Origin: Malacoraja senta
Taxonomy: Eukaryota
NCBI GenBank assembly: GCA_038087875.1
Contig: CM076000.1
Location: 372,001-436,000, forward strand
DNA length: 64,000 nucleotides
Reading direction: 5' to 3'
Shown here: one piece after another, positions 1-12,156 of the stretch
Numbering within the stretch: position 1 is the first letter of the stretch
How the letters are laid out: each line of letters begins with the position of its first letter
Notes under the pieces: generated by a model
Told to the model about the DNA's origin: nothing
Database searches by the model: none
What the model saw: the letters and a program-made list of their open reading frames with translations, nothing else
Program-made: the position numbers and the translations under genes

Positions 1-410
1 CTCTACCACAGCACTCTCCACGACCCTACCATTTATTGTGCGATTCTTACTCTGGTTTGACTAACCAAAATGCATCATCACAAACCTGCCTGAGCTAAAT
101 GAGTCCGCCATTCTTTGACCCAATTGCAAATCCTTTTTCAAACTTGGAAACACTCACTCACCACCAATTTTGGTGTTACCCACAAATTTAATAATCACAT
201 TAACTACATTTTCAAATATATCATTAATATAGATAACAAATAATGGAGGGCCCAGCACCAATCCTTGTGGTATACCAATGGTCCCAGGCCTCCAATCAGA
301 TAAAAATACTCTCCACCACCACCATCGGAATCTCAATACCAAGTGGATTTTGAATCGAGTTGTCTATCTTACCCTGGACTCCATGCAATCTAACCTTACG
401 GACTAACTAT
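1..410 (-). mobile_element. Degenerate CR1-type LINE fragment (RT region)
   Basis: Minus-strand translation [19 protein letters not shown]...[10 protein letters not shown] matches the CR1 RT QG and FADDTK motifs, decayed. Confidence 0.85.
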
Positions 411-1089
411 TGGAGGAACACAGAACTGGATTTGACATTGTTGCCTTTCACAGCAAGAACAATGGATAACTGTACCCAGGTTTTCAAAGGTTTCCTGGGT
501 GAACAAATGGGGAAAAAATAGGATTTAAAATACTTGAAGCAATTCTTGAGGTAACTACCTGGCAGCAGACTGCAAGGATGTTCTTTATCCTTGAGGAAAA
601 TACATGAAAGGGTCAGTCATGCTGCACCTGATCCAATGACTATTCATCTGGAAAATACAACCCATGTCTTGCTTGACAAGTTCAAATATTATGCAATGTC
701 AGTAATTCATAAATAGTGCAGTACCCAAGAACTCATACAGGTAACACGGTAACCACTTAATTTTTCTGCACAAGTATTTTAAATTCCTTGCTGCTTATTT
801 ATTAATGCAAAACATTTATGCATTTCCAGAAGCACATTCATTTATTCATGTGAATTATACCAGCATAAAATAAATTGGATAGCAGTGATCCCCCCAAAGA
901 TATGTACTCTGTTTCGTTATGCAAATCTTTGCAATTTTGACAGAAACGTATTTATTTTATCATTCTTATTCTCGTTCTCCATGGTGGACTTTCTAAATTT
1001 CTCATGGAACCCAATTCAATTGGAGAAGAACAGGTGGAAATGAACAGAATCAAATAAGTGGAACCCAGGTGACCAATACAACCTGAAAC

Positions 1090-1246
1090 ATAAGACACAA
1101 AGTGCAGGAGTAACGCTGGATCAAGGGTCGTGTCCAGAAACATCATCTATACATGTTCTCTAGAGATGCCGCCTGACCTGCTGGTTACTCCAACACAGTG
1201 TGTCGTTTTCTGTATTAACCAACATCTGCAGTTCTTTGTTTCTACA
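1090..1246 (+). mobile_element. Penelope-derived miniature element, degenerate partial fold-back
   Basis: Carries the family body gatgccgcctgacctgctggttactccaac...catctgcagttc, preceded by a short inverted copy of itself. Confidence 0.7.
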
Positions 1247-1344
1247 ATAATTTATCTTAAATATTTTTAAATACGTTAGCAACAGGACTTTAGATGTTCA
1301 GTGCATAACCTTTTCTGGAAAGAGTGATTGTCATCTGCTTTGGC

Positions 1345-1745
1345 TTGTATCTGATGAAGTTTAGAAGAACAAAAGATGACAATGGAAATATAAGATGCTG
1401 AGGATTTTTGCCAAGGTAGACAAGGAGAGGAAAATTCCTCCTATGGGAGATTCAGGAACTGGAAATGCATCATCACAATGCATTGGGTGGGATGTCACCA
1501 TTTATAAAGATAAGGTCAGCAATTTAAGGCAGAGATGAGGTTATGAGACTTTCAAACACTCTTCCTCAAAGATCAGTAGAAAAGTGGTGTTTGAATATTT
1601 TTCTATACTTCCCTTACAATAATTTCTTTGCCTCTGCATTAAGTACTTCTGATGATCTTGGCTCCACAACAGTCTGTGGGGGAGAATTCCAGAGATTTAT
1701 CACCTTCCGCGTAAAGACATTTGTACACAACTTCCTTCTAAATGC
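1345..1745. mobile_element. Old CR1 3' fragments in both orientations
   Basis: tttagaagaa...aaggcagagatgagg on +; ggctccacaacagtctgtgggggagaattccagagatt on -. Confidence 0.6.
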
Positions 1746-2694
1746 CTGGCTTGAGATGCTCCCGTGAGAAAACAGCCAGAGGCAGCCCTATCAAATTCTG
1801 TATCTGATGGCACAAGGTGAAACTTAGTATGAACACAAAGCTGGAAATTACAGATTTTCATCATTAATGTTCTTGAATAAATCAACTATAGCAGCCTTAT
1901 TTCTAATGATGATATCTGAGAAAGCATATGGTAGCTGGTCAGTTAGAATAATGAAAAACCTGAACAATATCATTGCTTAATGCACAGGGTATTCAATGCT
2001 TTTGACAGCCTGCGACTTTCAATGATTCAAAGTTACATCCCATTATGTGATCAGAGACCAGGAAAAGAGCCATGGTATCAAGTGCACGTAAAAAACAGGT
2101 GCTGCTGGGGAAACGTCCCTTTCAATTCGGTCATTTCCTGTTTGTTTTTGTTGAAGTAGCTTTTAGTTCAAATTAGAGAAACTTACTTCAACTGCTCTCC
2201 TTATGCTTTAAGCTTCCCTGCATTTCATTGTGTCTGTGCAGCTGAGGGACCTTGGCAGCTACGAATATTCCTGAGCGTCGACCACTTCAGCTCTGCAGAA
2301 GGAATATTAGAGTTGGCAAGTAGGGTAGATTAGTATGAATGAGGGGTTCCATTCAGACATATTCTTGCCAAGACACTTGTGAAAAAGCAGAGGCCACTGT
2401 TTGCTTATTCCTGGGCTAGATGCCAGTCACGAGAGAAAACGTAAGTCAGAAACTGCCAGAATTCAATGTTTAAACAAGACCAAGCGTAGACTTGCCGACC
2501 ATTTTGCTGAACACTTAAACTCGGTCCGCCAAGGCTGACTGGATCTCCCAGTTGCTAAAAAGTTCAACCCCTTCCCATTCTGAACTTTCTGTTCTGGATC
2601 TCCTCCATTGCTAGAGTGAGGCCACATGCAAACTGGAGGAACAGCACCTTATATTCTGCTTGGGTACCTTACAACCAACAGTATGAACATTGAA

Positions 2695-2887
2695 GATAGA
2701 CACATAATGTTGGAGTAACTCAGCGGGACAGGCAGCATCTCTGGAGAGAAGGAATAGGTGACGTTTCAGGTCGAGACCCAAAACGTCACCCATTCATTCT
2801 CTCCAGAGATGCTGCCTGTCCCGCTCAGTTACTCCAGCATTTTGTATCAATCTTCGATTTTAACCAGCATCTGCAATTCCTTCCTGC
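2695..2887 (+). mobile_element. Fold-back Penelope-derived mini-element nested in the PLE, 17-bp TSD
   Basis: acagtatgaacattgaa at 2678-2694 and 2888-2904; interior is an inverted repeat centred near 2770-2780. Confidence 0.9.
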
Positions 2888-3185
2888 ACAGTATGAACAT
2901 TGAATTCTATAGGTTTAAATAACCTCTAACAACCCCCTCCCCTTTCTCTACCACACCGTCCCTTTCTTCCCTTTACTCCTCTGTGCCATACTTATACTCC
3001 CACATTCCTTCCTCTGGCTTCACAATTCACAACTCTTCCATCCTGTCTCACACCTTCTGTTTTTATTTCTGGCCTTTAATCCAACTATCTGCCTATCAAC
3101 CCCCACCCCCTCACCCATGTCCACCCATTACCTGCCACATTTTGTCCTGCCACTCCTCTCTCTCCCCCCCCCCCAAATAAACCCA

Positions 3186-3225
3186 ATCGGTCTGAAGAAG
3201 AGTACTGACCCGAAACGTCACCTAT
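3186..3225 (+). ncRNA. Minimal type I hammerhead ribozyme motif (PLE-type)
   Basis: atcggt-CTGAAGA-a-gagtactgaccc-GAAACGTC-acctat: CUGANGA and GAAA cores, imperfect stem II, palindromic ACGU in place of stem III, GUC triplet, stem I atcggt/acctat (5 of 6 pairs). Confidence 0.75.
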
Positions 3226-4139
3226 CCATGTTCTGCAGAGATGCTGCCTGGCCCACTGAGCTACTCTTGCAGTTTATTTACTTTTGTGTGAACCAGCATC
3301 TGTAGTTCTATATTTATGTTGCCATAATTGTAGTTGCTTTCATATAATTAATCAATGTAAGGAAAATGGTCACATCTTCTAAACTCCAGCTCTCAAATTG
3401 ATAACCAATGGTTTGTTTCCAAAGACCGACTACCCCATAGATTCACGGCAAGAAAGCACCATCTCTAGAGTGACCAGGCACCTTCATCTCCATTCATTTG
3501 GCAGTGTCATTCATAAACAGCAAGAGCCAAGCTAACATTCCATCAATGAATGGAACTTACAAGATCAAGCACATGGAGTGTGTCAATCCTTGTGTTACAT
3601 ATCTCTGAGGAGCAAATCATATTTATATACATGAAGGGTCTGCCAATTTCTTTGGGAACTGACCTGCTGAGAATAAGGGTCATAACACTTGTGCACCATT
3701 CAAGGAGACAGACCAGATTGTACAATTAATCAATTGTGTACAATTGGAAAACAGCTAAAACTGCTTCTTCCTTTTCTATTCCCAAGTTTGGGAAACCGTG
3801 TGATTCTCCTGAATATGTTCTGCTATTGAGACTCGAGCTGTGCTTTTTATTCCTATGCGTGTCTTTCATAAAAAGAACCACAGCAGGAATCTCCAAAGGC
3901 TCATACAATATTTCTGGCTCTAAAACACAACCAGAAGCCCATCACCAGGAAGACTTAACATTTCTGGTGGAGTAAGACAGAACGGTACAATTAGTTCGGC
4001 ACAGCTTGACTGATACCAACCACAATATTGTGAAACACATTAGAATTTTTCTCTGCTGCAGAGAAGGGGAGTTTTCACCCTCGCTCATACTCAACAAACA
4101 CCAACCACACCTCTAATATTTGGTTGTACCAATACATTA

Positions 4140-4460
4140 ATAAGTCATTGGAGCTGAATTAGGCCATTCGGTCCATTGTGTCTCCTCTGCCATTGAATCA
4201 TGTCTGATTTATCTCTCCCTCTCAACCCCATTCCCTTGCCTTTCCCCCCCGTAACCTTTGACATCCTTACTCATCAAGTACCTGCCAATCTCCACTTTAA
4301 AATTACCCAATGACTTGGCCTCCAGTCATCTGTGGCAATGAATTCCATAGATTCACCACCCTCTGACTAAAGAAGTTGCTCCTTATCTCCTTTCTAAAGG
4401 TACGTCCTACTCTGAATAAACTTGGCTAAAGTCTCAAAAGTCTTGGCCTCCACAGCCGTG
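4140..4460 (-). mobile_element. CR1/HER1 LINE 3' end
   Basis: aattaggccattcgg...ccattgaatcatg...ctcaaccccattc...gaattccatagattcaccaccctctg is the reverse complement of the CR1 3' end seen at 40440-40697. Confidence 0.85.
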
Positions 4461-5317
4461 TCATCTTTGTGTTATCCAATTTAAGAAATTAATTATTTCA
4501 GGAACACCATGTGGTATAAAGTGCATTGCAAGTATTACCTATGCAAGTGCAATTAGATATCAACAGATTAACACGGAGACTATCAGCTCCAAACCTACTG
4601 GTCACCATCTGAATTATGGACACAGTTCAGTCTTTGCAATTTGCAGATCAAATCTCTGGTTGTTTAAAACAGACTGAAGATCACAAAGTAGAGATTGTCT
4701 TACTGGGCAGTGAATGACCAACATTTCTAAATAAAAGGAAATGCCATGCAAGTCTGTTATTCGCTTTTCTGATATTGATGAAGGAATAATAAGAACAGCA
4801 GCTGTGAAAGCCATTTTGGATTAGATTCAATCACTTTAATGTTGACTTCTGTGAAGAATAACAATGGGCCCGACCCGGTATGTTTTTTTTTCCAATGAGC
4901 ATCTACTGCTGCTAACCCTAATCACGTTGCAGTTCAGCTTGGACCCACACTCACCTCTCAAAGCCAAGTGCAGTACTTTTTCCAAAGAGTACAATTAAAT
5001 AACCAAAAAAAAGGGGATTTTTTATTTCTTTAAAATTATGATAGCAAAATGGAAATGCATTAATATCCATCTGCATTGTGGAATTATTGTATATGATTGA
5101 TGAACTTGTTCCTGCTTTGAGTTTAAAAACAATTAAATCAGTTACACTCAGGGGAAAAACTGGAAGCATTTTATTCAGTCATATGCTTCAATCAGATGAC
5201 ATTGGAAAGTGAATTGGCACTGCTGGAAAATGAATCTAAATGGGAGAGCAAATCCAATTTGAAGGGACTTCCCTGCCCTTGTATACTTCCAGACCAAGGA
5301 TAAAACATTTATTTTCA

Positions 5318-5512
5318 TGTGAAGATGCTGGAATAACTCAGCGGGTCAGGCAGCATATATGGAGAAAAAGAGGTGACGTTTCAGGTCAGAACCCTTCTTC
5401 TGACCCGAAATGTCACCTATTCCTTTTCTACAGAGATACTGCCTGAGTTGGTGAGTTATTCCAACATTTGGCGCATGTTCGGTATAAAAAAGCATCTGCA
5501 GTTCTTCCTATC
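5318..5512 (+). mobile_element. Fold-back Penelope-derived mini-element, 12-bp TSD with 1 mismatch
   Basis: catttattttca 5306-5317 and catttactttca 5513-5524; inverted arms around acccttcttctgacccgaaatgtc. Confidence 0.8.
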
Positions 5513-5713
5513 CATTTACTTTCAGGCATTCCATCTATGGCAATTGGGTATGTTATTCCAAATGTCATTTCATCATATCAAATTCATTTAAATTTTGTCA
5601 AGGATCAATATCGTATTGTATCAACATCGTATGATGTATATAAAAAAAACAATCCCAATGATTACAATTTAAATTTTTCTACTTAGCTTGATTTAACTTG
5701 ATAATAATGGAAT

Positions 5714-5962
5714 GCATGGTGGTAGCAGTAGAGTTGCTGCCTCAGAGTCAGAGACCTGGGCTTGATCCTGACAATGAGTCCTGTTTGTGTGGTGTTTGTA
5801 CATCCTCCCTGTGACTGCGTGGCTTTTCTCTAGGTGCTCCGGTTCCTCACACATTCCAAAGATGTGCAGTTTTGTAGGTGACCTGGCTTCTGCAAATTGC
5901 TCAGAATGTGCAAGATGCAAAATTGGGATAAAATAGAGCTAGTGTACAGTGATTGCTGGTTA
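5714..5962 (+). mobile_element. HE1-like tRNA-derived V-SINE, degenerate
   Basis: Decayed A and B boxes (ggtggtagcagtag, gcttgatcc) followed by the V-domain-like gtgtggtgtttgtacatcctccctgtgactgcgtgg. Confidence 0.8.
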
Positions 5963-5964
5963 CC

Positions 5965-6780
5965 AAATGTGTGTCTAGGGTCATTGTCTACGATGTGGTC
6001 CACTATTAAGCTGTTGTCCAATGATGGATTGTCCACTTGAGAAGGTGGCTACTATCTCTATTAAGTTCAGCATCTGTTATTGGCTGCCATGCCCTCTGTG
6101 GAAGATCTGAGTCTAGGTAGAATTTTCAGGAGGTCATTTACGCTGTTCCAATTTTTGGAACTCCTTTCATCACGAACTTTCACTGTTCATTGGCAAGTCG
6201 GTGCCATGACTGGTCAATGTCATGATGGGTTGAGTGTTTGGGCAAATGCCTTCCCTCAATCTGACTTTGTACAGGTTTGCTGAAATCCACTGATGTGTAA
6301 TAACATTCAGTTATTGGTTAGGTTTCTACTCCTCGAGGAGATGTGGTTTTGCTGTATGTGAATCATCCGAGCATGAGTGTTTCTCAACTATTACAGGATG
6401 CAGAACTCAGCATGGAGTAGACTGGTGTGAAGGCCATGGCCTTCTACTTTACAGCAAGAAGAAGTAGTTTCTTTTCTTTGCCTTCTCTCCCCAACACCTA
6501 GATCAAATTGAAGACATGGTCCAGGGTCACTGTAATGTATTTAGCGTGGGAATGTTTCAGGATAAATGCTGGCTGTTTGTTTCTCGTTGTAGGCATGTAT
6601 GAATCAATGAATTAATTATACTTTACTGGCATGTACTGAGGGTACCCAGGAACAGTGATATGCTTGTGTCACTGGTGCAACATCATGTTGCAGTGGCTTG
6701 CTGGGGTTTGAATGGAGTTCCATTGCCCAAAGTAGCCTGAATGACTCATAAGGACATCTATACTCATGTCCATCAGAGTG
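5965..6780 (-). mobile_element. Degenerate Vingi/Ingi-like non-LTR retrotransposon 3' portion
   Basis: Minus-strand remnants HSHAKYITVTLDH (cf. PKYLGVTLDR), a frameshifted stretch resembling YSxAEYC, and a terminal DHIVDNDP (cf. HIVxxCP). Confidence 0.55.
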
Positions 6781-6881
6781 TCCTAGAGCAAAGAAAAATT
6801 AGATACTGTAGTCAGCTTAATTGTACATGCAGCTTTGCAGTTAGGATACCCAGGGTGCAGAAGACAAAGAGAACAAAGAAA

Positions 6882-7206
6882 AGGGCGGCACGGTGGCGCA
6901 GCGGTAGAGTTGCTGCCTTACAGCACTTGCAGCACCGGAGACTCGGGTTCGATCCCGACTACAGGTGCTGTCTGTACGGAGTTTGTACGGTTTCCCCGTG
7001 ACCACACGGGGTTTCTCAGAGATCTTCGGTTTCCTCCCACACTCCAAAGAGATACAAGTATGTAGGTAAATTGGCTTTGGACAAGTGTAAATTGTTCCTA
7101 GTGTGTGTATAGGATACTGCTAATGTGCAGGGATCGCTGGTCGGTGCGGACTCAGTGGGCCGCAGGGCCTGTTTCCACGCTGTATCTCTAAACTAAAAAA
7201 ACTAAA
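6882..7206 (+). mobile_element. HE1-like V-SINE, full length
   Basis: A box tggcgcagcgg, B box ggttcgatccc, V-domain, and LINE-derived tail gggcctgtttccacgctgtatctctaaactaaa. Confidence 0.92.
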
Positions 7207-7609
7207 GCAGAGGAAATGTGAAGCCTTGTGGAGCAAAGTTTAACGTGTCAACAGTAAGAGTTAAGCACCATAAGGTGAGGAAAATAGATATTCCTTCCCC
7301 TCAGGTTACTATAGCATATCACAAAGCATCGAAAAAACATGCAGAACAAGTGCACAGAAATAATGGAGTCTCAAAAAGGAAGAGAAAACAGTCATAAATA
7401 TTATTCAACACATGCCAAATCAGAAAAGCAGCATTTAATTTTTTTAATATATGAGGATGGCCAGATTGGTAGAAAATTTCTACTGCCATCAATTTTACAG
7501 GAACCCAACAGGGCAAATACCCATCTATGCAGTGCTGTTTTCCTAAAGTTGGCAGTATATTGCTGTAAACATTTTGGTGATGTGACAAAATTGCCAGTGG
7601 CTCAGATGC

Positions 7610-8870
7610 ACACAACTAAAGAGGGACCTAAGGGGCAATTTTTCCCACACAAAGGGCACGGTGTTTATAGAACAAGCTGCCAGAGGAAGTGGTGAAGACA
7701 GGAACAGTTGAGGGAACTTACAAGGTAGTTGGACAGGTACATGGGTAGGAAAAGGTTTACAAGGATAAGAGCCAGCTACAGACAAGTGGGACCAGCTTGG
7801 TTCAGCAGCTGGATTGTCATGGTTAGTTAGGCCAACAGATCATTTTCCTTGAGTTTAACTGTAGGACTCTATGATAGATTTTTCAATGCCCCACTGATTT
7901 GTGCATTTTTAAAGAGAATAGAGTAAAAAAGTTGATGTACTGAGAGTCTTGGACACAATTGAAAGGAAGAATACAAGTGTAGCAAGCAGATGAGAAAGCA
8001 AATGGGTTGCTGGCTTTCATAGCAAGAGAGTGGATACAAGAAAAAGGATTTCTCGTAACATTTTACAGGAACTTGGTGAAACTATACTTGGAATACTGCA
8101 TGCTGTTCTGGTCTCCTTACTTGATAAATTATATATTTGGCAAAGAGAGTGCAGAAAGGTTCACTGGACTGTTTCCTGGGATAGCATATCAGCACTGTGT
8201 GGAGAGGGATTAGGTTGACTTGGATTGAATTCATGAGAGTTTAGAAGAATGAGACTCTCCGATCCTGACTGGGCTGGACACTTGATGTGGGAAGGATGTG
8301 CCTAGAATGCAGAATCACAAGTGCAAGTCACAACGCGGCACGGTGGCGCTGCGGTAGAGATGCTGCCTTGCAGCGAATGCAGCGGAGACCCAGGTTCAAT
8401 CCCGACTACGAGTGCTGTCTGTACAGAGTTTGTACGTTCTCCCCGTGACCTGCGTGGGTTTTCTCCAAGATCTTCGGTTTCCTCCCACACTCCAAAGATG
8501 TAGGTTAATTAGCTTGGTAAATGTAAAATTTGTCCTTAGTAGGTATAGGATAGTGTTGATGTGCGTGGACCGCTGGTCGGCTGAAAGGGCCTATTTCCGC
8601 GCTGTATCTCTAAACTAAACACATGGGATATGGGACAGATCTTGAGAAGTTTCCTTTTCTTTTAAAAGGGTGGTGAACCCATGGAATATTTTACCACAAA
8701 AGTATCTAGAAGCTGATTTACTTAACATATTTAATGAGACGCAAATGGCATTGATGAGAATGGGGGAGAAACAGAAATATGGTACTAAGATAGATATGTA
8801 TCCAGCTATGACATGGTTCTGTTGGAATGTGATTATGTTAAATATCACCTCATTTTGAAACCATATCTTC
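7610..8870 (+). mobile_element. Old CR1 3' fragments, interrupted by the SINE at 8334
   Basis: MLAFIAR...LVKLYLEYCMLFWSPY matches the CR1 ORF2 C-terminus (cf. LVRPHLEYCVQFWSP). Confidence 0.8.
8334..8620 (+). mobile_element. HE1-like V-SINE
   Basis: A and B boxes, V-domain, ctctaaactaaac tail. Confidence 0.9.
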
Positions 8871-9634
8871 AGATATTTCTTGCAGAAATGTTTACGAAAC
8901 CACCAGCAAATATATCTCAGGTGGTTGTCTATGATGTGGTCCATGATCAGGCAGTTGCCCATTTGTGGTGGCTATTTCTGTAGATAAGTACAGCATTTGT
9001 TAATCGTCTTCCCACTAAATTACTAGTCCAGCCTTGATGGGCTGAATGGCCAACTTCAGCTTCCATATTCTACGTGCAGTACAGGTAGAAGCAATTTGAC
9101 CTCTTGCCCTGCATGCCCAAGAACAAAGCAGGTAATACCCCTCCCCCACTTATCCCTTCCAACTGTGCAATGATATTTACTTCACCTACTTAACCAATTC
9201 CATCTTAAAACCTATCAGTCAATGTTTTCCACTATCATCTGATACATTCCAAATCTATTCTCATGGCAGAAAAAAATGCACTCTTTCAGTAACTCTTATT
9301 ATAATACGTAATGTTTCCTTGGAAGATCTATATAATGATTATACTGGATAAACTGCATAACACTCTCATTCCTCAAAATATGTTGCAAGCCATAAAGCTG
9401 CATCGACTTTATAGAATTTTCCACTGGTAATTTTCAGCTCAGTGTGATTATTGGTTATGCCATTTCCTCCTTCAGCTGCAACCATATGTCATTTCACTTC
9501 CGTCCTGAACCAACATTCAAAGCCTTCCAGCCATTAAAATCTGAAATTGATGCCACAATCATTCTCCATTTGTGTAACGGGAGGGGCTTGTAGCAGGAAT
9601 ACGTAAAAAAAAAAAACTAAGCAGACTACAAAGC

Positions 9635-9896
9635 CAGCACCTTAGCACAACGGTAGAGTTGCTGCCTTACAGTGCCAGAGATCCTGGTTCGATTCTAACT
9701 AAGGGTCCTATTTGTACAGAGTTCGTACGTTCTCCCTATGGCCTTTCTCTGGGTGCTCCGGCTCTCTCCCACACTCCAAAGTCGAACAGGTTGATTGGCT
9801 TCAGGAAAACTGTAAATCGTCCCTTGTGTGTGCAGGATAGCGTCAGTATGTGGAAATCATTGGTTGGCCTGGACTTGGGGTATCTCTAAACTAAAC
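9635..9896 (+). mobile_element. HE1-like V-SINE
   Basis: cggtagagttgctgccttacag...ggttcgattc...tatctctaaactaaac. Confidence 0.85.
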
Positions 9897-11643
9897 AGTA
9901 ATGTTGCCCTTGGTAAAAGCTTGCAATTGCCTGCTTGAGGACCTCATCATTTTGCTGTCTCTCTATTCTGCAGATCAGAGTAGGAATCAGACAAGAATCA
10001 GACAGGAATCAAGTATCTTCTCATGCAACTCTTCTAAACTGGTGAGTTATGGAGAACAAAGTAGAAAGCTGCATTAACTTCCACAATGCTGGTCTATTTC
10101 AGCATAGAGCTGCCCTTGTACACACCTTCTCAGGGATAAAAGAAATCCTATGCAATTTGAATTAAAAAAATAATCACAGTTCTCCAGCCATTTTCCTCCA
10201 TACTACTTTCACGGAAGCAGGTGTTCGAGGAACAAATAACAGAGGTATGAGGTCCAGCGAGCTTTCAAGCCATTAAAAAAAACCAAATTCAATCTGCCAA
10301 TGCAGTGCTAGGTATAATAAAAAGGACATTACAATAGTGAAAAGTTCAGTCAGATGGCAATTATACAGATAACAGTAGTGATATAACACAATCTGTGGTA
10401 TATTTTCTTGTTCACATCTTTATTGCATTTCTCAGCCTCCATATGAAACCTTCAATGGATATTCAGTCAGTTACAGTAAATGCAAAGTAGATTAAAGAAT
10501 CTTAACAAGGTAATTGGACTGAATTGTGATGTACAGCAGGGAAGAATTATGTAGTTGAATTAGATCATGATTATAAATATGAAAGCAGACCTAGTTGAAT
10601 GAACCCACAAACCTGGAAAATGTATATTTAATGAACATTAAATAAGTAGGCAGTGCGAGCAGGAGGAGAATTAAATATTTAAATTTACACTGACATAACA
10701 CCAAACAATCACAACAGAAGGTCTTACATTTGAATAGGAGGAATCTGAATGCTTATGTTTTTTCAAAGGACTTTTTACACATGTACCTTGTATCCCAAAG
10801 CCAGACACATGCACAATAGTACCAGATTTTCTGATGACCATTACTTGGAACTGAGCGGTGATAATTGGCTCAGTCTGTTTCCTGATCATTCTAGACAAAA
10901 GCTCACCACAGGGCAAGAACAAAAGAACAGATAAATTGGAGCTGGTCTGCCATATGTCTGGTCTCTGACCATTGTCTGGGTAGTATGTGAATTCTGTCTT
11001 GTGTCAAGCCAACCAGAACCCTCCACATCCTGACCTTGCTATCCAGAGTACTTATCATACAGCTATCGACACGTGCACACTATCTGAAATTACACAACTA
11101 CAATACCAGCATGATATTTTTCTTGTCATACCCATTTCCAGCTGATGCAGATTAACGCATTAATTAATGTGCAAGGTCAGAAAAACAAAGTGCAGCATAT
11201 TTCATTTCTGAAGGTGTACATGATTTTTTTTATTTTTACAAATACAAATTACTCTCAATATGACCTAATTTAAGCAGGAAACAATTTGGTTCCAAATTTA
11301 ACATATTAAGTCGTAAATATTTAGCCTCTGCATTTGTTTTCAATATGGTGATTTAAAAAAAGAGTGACAGAAAGGAGATACTTGAAAGGTCATTGAGAAT
11401 TGCTGCCAAAAGGCCCAATGTAAAATAAAACTTACTTGAAATAATTTGGTTATTAGTTATGATAGTTATGAATAGGATAAATGTGGACCTTGGGGAGGGT
11501 GCTAAATTGAGGTAATGTAGATTACAATATTATTAGGCAGGAGCTAGAGAGTAAATTGGGAGCAGCTGTAATTGGATGCGTCCACATAAGTCATGTGAGA
11601 GTTGTTTAAAGACCAGTTGATCAGAGTTCAGGACTGGCACTAT

Positions 11644-11748
11644 GTCACGGGAAGAACATACAAACTCCGTACAGACAGCGCCCATAGTCAGGGTTGAACT
11701 CGGATCTCTGGTGCTGTAAGGCAGCAATTCTACCTCTGCGCCGCCGTA
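11644..11748 (-). mobile_element. V-SINE 5' fragment
   Basis: Reverse complement of the tRNA-like head (ggcggcgcagaggtagaattgctgccttacagc). Confidence 0.8.
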
Positions 11749-11832
11749 CTGTCCCAAATGAGATGTGTGACCAGGGATCCATGGTGTTCTGCTGGGATCC
11801 ACAATCATCTATGCTGGCACCCATGTTATTTA

Positions 11833-12156
<324 letters not shown>

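Larger units (their letters stand above)
2477..3305 (+). mobile_element. Penelope-like element 3' part (GIY-YIG endonuclease C-terminus plus pseudo-LTR with hammerhead motif)
   Basis: Translates as TKRRLADHFAEHLNSVRQG*LDLPVA...LSVLDLLHC*SEATCKLEEQHLIFCLGTLQP..MNIE, typical of the PLE GIY-YIG end. Followed by a pyrimidine-rich UTR and the CTGAAGA...GAAACGTC motif. Confidence 0.85.

Noticed and set aside
6882..6965. tRNA genes at SINE heads
   Set aside because: A and B boxes are present, but the sequences run straight into the V-domain and LINE tail without a complete cloverleaf.
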